A stretch of 53,336 nt of DNA, from positions 23,792-77,127 of the forward strand of contig CAZJOD010000001.1 of NCBI GenBank assembly GCA_964547525.1, given 5' to 3'. The notes under the pieces were generated by a model. It made no database searches, was not told where the DNA came from, and saw nothing but the letters and a program-made list of their open reading frames with translations. The stretch is from an uncultured Clostridiaceae bacterium. GTDB lineage: Bacteria > Bacillota > Clostridia > JAAYHZ01. Below, one piece after another: positions 48,719-53,336 of the stretch (positions are counted from its first letter, which is position 1; every line of letters starts with the position of its first letter). The position numbers were made by a program, and so were the translations under genes.

Positions 48719-49894
48719 ATGTACGCAGTTAGAAATATTAGATTATGTACTAAAGATTGTCTTTGCCTGTATGTTTGTCCTACCGGAGCTACGGATACGG
48801 AAACCGGACAGATTGACGCTTCAAAATGCCTAAGCGGATGTAGGGCATGTGTAGATGCTTGTCCCTCTCATGCAATTTCACTTGTTCCGACAGAATATCC
48901 GGCCCAACAGGAAAAGTCCGAGCAGATAAAACAAATAATGTTGTCTTTAGCAGAAAGCAAAACAAAACAAGAAAAGATATCGGAAGCGATAATGAATAAC
49001 ACTGACAATCCTATAATGCGTCAATTCGCACAAGTTCTTATAAAGTCAAATAGAATTATGGCGGAGGATCTCTTACGTGAAGCGGGTTTTATGCTGCCAC
49101 AAAGTAAAAATGTCGTTGATCTGTTACAAACAATAAAAAATAACCGGCAACCGAATGATTTCCCCTTTGATGTTGTCGAACAATTATTAAATATTTTAAA
49201 TAAGGATAAAAAGAATATGGAGGAAAATAAAATGGAAAAATATCGTTGCTCAGTATGTGGATATATTCACGAAGGACCCTTACCCGCTGATTTCAAATGC
49301 CCCAAATGCAAACAACCGGCATCGGCATTTGTAAAAATCGAAGAAAAAGAATCTTCTGTAAATATGTATGCGGGAACAAAAACTGAAAAAAATTTAGCTG
49401 AAGCTTTCGCCGGAGAAAGTCAAGCACGAAACAAATATACATACTTCGCAAATGTCGCTCAAAGAGAAGGTTACGACCAGTTGTCGGAAATCTTTTTAAA
49501 AACCGCTCGAAACGAACAAGAGCATGCCCGAATCTGGTACGAGGAACTAGGTAATATTGGTGATACTGCGGAAAATCTTTTACATGCCGCAGAAGGCGAG
49601 CATTATGAATGGACTGATATGTATGACCGATTTGCAAAAGAAGCCGAAGAAGAAGGATTTATAGATTTGGCAAATAAATTCCGTAGAGTGGCAGCCATTG
49701 AAAAGGCTCATGAAGAGCGCTATCTTGCCCTTCTAAAAAATGTTCAAACACAGCATGTATTTGAAAAAAGTGAAGAAACAATGTGGGAATGCCGTATGTG
49801 CGGGCATTTGGTAACAGGCAAAAAAGCCCCTGTAGTATGTCCGGTATGCAAATATTCACAAAGTTATTTTGAAGTAAGAAAAGAAAATTATTAA
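48719..49894 (+). CDS. 4Fe-4S ferredoxin domain-rubredoxin-rubrerythrin fusion
   Basis: [25 protein letters not shown]; CSVC..CPKC; [32 protein letters not shown]; AGGAGG before ATG 48719. Confidence 0.88.
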   Translation: MYAVRNIRLCTKDCLCLYVCPTGATDTETGQIDASKCLSGCRACVDACPSHAISLVPTEYPAQQEKSEQIKQIMLSLAESKTKQEKISEAIMNNTDNPIMRQFAQVLIKSNRIMAEDLLREAGFMLPQSKNVVDLLQTIKNNRQPNDFPFDVVEQLLNILNKDKKNMEENKMEKYRCSVCGYIHEGPLPADFKCPKCKQPASAFVKIEEKESSVNMYAGTKTEKNLAEAFAGESQARNKYTYFANVAQREGYDQLSEIFLKTARNEQEHARIWYEELGNIGDTAENLLHAAEGEHYEWTDMYDRFAKEAEEEGFIDLANKFRRVAAIEKAHEERYLALLKNVQTQHVFEKSEETMWECRMCGHLVTGKKAPVVCPVCKYSQSYFEVRKENY

Positions 49895-49954
49895 AAAGGA
49901 AATTGAGTCTGCCGGAAAAAGATGTTTTATCGTACGTACAGGAGGTTAAATATT

Positions 49955-52321
49955 ATGAATTACCTAAAAGACACTTATAAAAAGTCATTACATGAGAAAG
50001 CTGTTATTTTAGAGAAAAACATATTAAAAAGACATAACCTTATGGGATTATATCCCTCTATGGTTGAAGTCCCCTTAGACGGGAGCGATGTCAGTCATTC
50101 GACAGAAAGTGAATCAGATGTCAATCACTCGGTTTGTTGGACAAGTTATCATTTATCCGGCGCTTCTTTCCGTTATGCTTACTTAAAAAAGATAAATGCG
50201 GAGCAAAAAATTTTATTAAAAGCAAAACGTAGAGCGGACGAGTTGTTTGAAGGCGCATACAGATGTTTATTAATAACCGGTGGTAAAGGTTTACAAGCGA
50301 GGGGATATCGTACCGGACACGGTCCTACACCGGAAGAATATGTAGAAGGAAATCGCACCAGAAATCATTGGTTCCAGGGAACAGGTCCGTATAAAGATCT
50401 AAGATGGCGAGAAGACCCCAGCCATCATAATTACAGTCATACATCATTTGGATACGGAGCATATTACAGATTAGCTGCAGAAGGTGAACAAAAGGCAAAG
50501 TGTGCTCATGCCCTGGACATTTCTGTCGGTTATTGGCTGGACAAAGGCATGACACTTTATAGGGGCGATGATCCGAATTCCGGTTACCCTATGTTTAACC
50601 TTACCGACGGTAAAATCCTTACGACTTCGGTATTAATGGTATTAGGAGCTTTAAAAGCCGCATATCACGCTACAGGTAAAGATAAATTTAAAAAGGCTTA
50701 TGATCAAACCGTTACCGGCTTTCGTGTACGTGAACTTGATACATTAGTTATATACAAAGATTTCGACGATAGTTCTCAGGTAATAATTCATTTGGAAAAC
50801 TTAATAGCTCTTGAACAAGACCGGGATTTGGTTAGCAGTTACTTGAACGTTTTAAAAAAATTATGGTCTATACATAAAGATGACGGGCAAAGTCTTTATA
50901 ACTTTATATACCTTGCCCATTTCCCGGAAGATAAGGACAAAGAAAAAATAATGAATGAAGCAATGAAAGCTTTGTATACATGGCCCACCGATATGACCAT
51001 ACGGCCTCAAATGAATAGTATTGATAAAACCCTAAAACCCCCTTATCCGGTCTACAAAGCAGTTTTTGACAACGAATATATGTGGAAGGGCAACCTTTTG
51101 CGTCCTGACGGATGGTTAAGTAGAACTGTAAAACAAGTGGAAGTATCAAATGAAGATCCTTATGTGTTATTTGCATTGGAAGAAAACGGATCCTTGTATT
51201 ACAGTTATGACAAGGCCAAGACTGTTGGCGGATGGAAGCACTTAGCTAATTCTTTAGATGGAAAAATAAAGAAGATACTGCAAGGCAAAAAAACGCGAAT
51301 TATGATTGCCATGACAGATGAGAAATTCTATATCAGTACTACTGTTTGCAGAAATTGGAGAGAAATCCCCATACCCAATGACGGCGGTAAGCCTTACGAT
51401 ATACTTTTCGACCCCAAAAATAAAAATGTTTTGTATGCCATCACTACAAGAAATGTTTACAGAAGCAGAGATATAGATGAAGAATTTTTAGCAATGAGTT
51501 GGGAATGCTTAACAGAAACATTACCCCGTGGGTATGATATGCAGTTTTCGATAGGATTCCATGAACCGGTTCATATATATGCCATATGTAAAGGTGTGAA
51601 AAAATACCATCCCACACCGACACTTTTTTGGGAAACACCTGTTATATTGGTGCGGAACATGGAATCTGACAAATGGGAAGTACATTCATCAGTTGATTTT
51701 GCATATAGTATAACTAAACAATATAATTGGTTATGCGTCGATCCGTTTGATTCTAAACATATATACATGGGCTTATACGGCATACAAACCGAAAATACTT
51801 ATGATTTTGCCGCAGTAGCGGATGATATTGATTCAAATGCACTGAGTATGATATCTGAAAGTTTTGATTGTGGCAAAACATGGTCGCTGACCATGCATAA
51901 GTTTTATGATCAATTTAAGGCCAAAGGTTTTGCAGGTATTAAAGATTGGGTTATTCCTACTTTAATAAACAATAACCCTATATTTGATATAAACCGACCA
52001 AACCATATTTATGCAGCATCTGATAACGGTTTATTAAAATCAACCGACGGAGGAAGAACCTTTTCCATTATATCGGAAGGGTTGGATATCAAGCGTATTT
52101 ACACTTTGTCATACGATGCGCAAAACCATACTTTTTATGCAGGGACTCCCGGAGGTTTATATATATCTTACGACGGAAATTCTTTTATAGACGGAAACCT
52201 GACTTTGCAATTTAAACACAACACAAGACGTGAAATTGGTGGTGCGGCTTATCTGGACGCTTATTGGCGGGCGCTGTATTACGGATTAATTAATGAAGAG
52301 GTGAATACAGGACACTCATAA
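49955..52321 (+). CDS. Hypothetical protein: helical N-terminal domain + BNR/Asp-box beta-propeller
   Basis: CAGGAGG RBS; Asp boxes SFDCGKTW, STDGGRTF, SYDGNSF; no signal peptide. Confidence 0.65.
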   Translation: MNYLKDTYKKSLHEKAVILEKNILKRHNLMGLYPSMVEVPLDGSDVSHSTESESDVNHSVCWTSYHLSGASFRYAYLKKINAEQKILLKAKRRADELFEGAYRCLLITGGKGLQARGYRTGHGPTPEEYVEGNRTRNHWFQGTGPYKDLRWREDPSHHNYSHTSFGYGAYYRLAAEGEQKAKCAHALDISVGYWLDKGMTLYRGDDPNSGYPMFNLTDGKILTTSVLMVLGALKAAYHATGKDKFKKAYDQTVTGFRVRELDTLVIYKDFDDSSQVIIHLENLIALEQDRDLVSSYLNVLKKLWSIHKDDGQSLYNFIYLAHFPEDKDKEKIMNEAMKALYTWPTDMTIRPQMNSIDKTLKPPYPVYKAVFDNEYMWKGNLLRPDGWLSRTVKQVEVSNEDPYVLFALEENGSLYYSYDKAKTVGGWKHLANSLDGKIKKILQGKKTRIMIAMTDEKFYISTTVCRNWREIPIPNDGGKPYDILFDPKNKNVLYAITTRNVYRSRDIDEEFLAMSWECLTETLPRGYDMQFSIGFHEPVHIYAICKGVKKYHPTPTLFWETPVILVRNMESDKWEVHSSVDFAYSITKQYNWLCVDPFDSKHIYMGLYGIQTENTYDFAAVADDIDSNALSMISESFDCGKTWSLTMHKFYDQFKAKGFAGIKDWVIPTLINNNPIFDINRPNHIYAASDNGLLKSTDGGRTFSIISEGLDIKRIYTLSYDAQNHTFYAGTPGGLYISYDGNSFIDGNLTLQFKHNTRREIGGAAYLDAYWRALYYGLINEEVNTGHS

Positions 52322-52369
52322 TATCATATGACATTAAATTATTAAAAAAATTAAAGTTCTTTATAATCG

Positions 52370-52399
52370 TACGCCCGGAGTTTATCCGGGCGTATTTTT
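52370..52399 (+). terminator. Intrinsic terminator
   Basis: TACGCCCGGA-gttta-TCCGGGCGTA plus T run. Confidence 0.85.
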
Positions 52400-52546
52400 A
52401 TTATTTTATTTTTCAAGAGCACGTATAAATTCCTTAACCGTTATCTCATTCATTATATAACCCATATGACACACCCTTTTTATGATATTAATTATTAATA
52501 TATATTCTAATATACATAGTTTTAATTATTAATACTTAGATATCTT

Positions 52547-53336
52547 TTAACTGTATTCACCTCTATCTTTGATCATTTCATCTCCTTTAAGGGCCCCATA
52601 CAATAAAGGTGCGTCAGGGTTATGCTGCAAACAGTTTTTTTCTACAAGGCTCTTGCTAAAGTTGGCGTAGCAGTATAAACAATTATGCTTACAAGTATTA
52701 TAGGCACCTATATCGATGCTCTTTACACAACCACAGCTTAATCTTTGATTCGTATCTTTTTCTATGAAAAGCGGTTTACCAATAATACCCGATATTAATT
52801 TATCATCTATACATTTTCCATGATTTATCCCGAAAGCCGATAAATCAACTGCTTCTGAGCAAGTTTCAAGCGATAATCCATATTTTTTTGCTATTATGGA
52901 TAATTTTTCAGCAATTTCAAATATAACCGAATCGGTCATCGGCATGATATCAATTGTTGCAGTGTTACGCTCGGTTTTTTTATACATATCAACAAAGCTT
53001 ATTATACATTTTTTTGTATATCGATGTAGTTTTTCGGCTAAATATTCAAACCGGTTGAAGTGATATTCTTTAGTAAATTTTTGTGTTAACATTATAGGGT
53101 CATATCTCCAGATAACTCGTTCCTTCCCTATTCTTTGCGACAATTCTATAAAAGTCTTTATTAGAACGGTTTTTTCAGGTACATTTACTTCGATTGTTTT
53201 ATCATACGGAGTTAATGTAAACTGAAAGTAATAGTGATAATTTTTTATTTTATCAAGATTTACAATCAAGTTCTTCGGATTTTTAGACCAAAACACTATG
53301 CAATCTATAACCTCAGGATTCAACAATATCCTGCTT
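52547..53336 (-). CDS. DUF1848 domain protein, 5' end outside the window
   Basis: IVFWSKNP, WRYDPI, CGCVKSIDIGAYNTCKHNCLYCYAN. Confidence 0.85.
   Translation of the reverse strand, partial: SRILLNPEVIDCIVFWSKNPKNLIVNLDKIKNYHYYFQFTLTPYDKTIEVNVPEKTVLIKTFIELSQRIGKERVIWRYDPIMLTQKFTKEYHFNRFEYLAEKLHRYTKKCIISFVDMYKKTERNTATIDIMPMTDSVIFEIAEKLSIIAKKYGLSLETCSEAVDLSAFGINHGKCIDDKLISGIIGKPLFIEKDTNQRLSCGCVKSIDIGAYNTCKHNCLYCYANFSKSLVEKNCLQHNPDAPLLYGALKGDEMIKDRGEYS

Noticed and set aside
2315-51783. Many 60-198 aa ORFs in the track antisense to or overlapping real genes (e.g. 30416..31012, 17418..17846, 28790..29200)
   Set aside because: Shadow ORFs with no RBS or motifs, lying wholly or largely within well-supported CDSs.
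52547-53336. DUF1848 protein as the missing GRE activase (CxxxCxxC motif)
   Set aside because: The motif is C-terminal in a DUF1848 context, the GRE-activase N-terminal signature is not visible, and the gene is 11 kb away.

Overview
AT-rich chromosomal window from a spore-forming Bacillota (probably Clostridia-like, judged from a YaaH/SleL-type spore protein, an SLH protein, a SigG-type promoter and a rubrerythrin/PerR operon). It holds about 40 mostly catabolic, regulatory and envelope genes. I found no rRNA, tRNA, CRISPR array, transposase or prophage. Main signals not explained by the gene list: (1) A dispersed non-coding element family with 7 clear and 2 degenerate copies (37-197 bp). It has imperfect TG...CA terminal inverted repeats and mostly 4-bp flanking direct repeats, occurs in long and 'collapsed' forms, supplies the C-termini (..STAK..) of two unrelated proteins and sits inside regulatory regions. 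(2) A TIR-domain protein and a DUF4062-STAND NTPase-TPR protein, convergent and 4.8 kb apart, as a candidate immune pair. (3) An orphan glycyl-radical enzyme with an atypical GCNQ loop and an unannotated coupled small ORF. (4) Strong over-representation of CCGG. (5) A 32-aa membrane peptide behind a SigG-type promoter. All product calls come from motif recognition by eye, not database searches.
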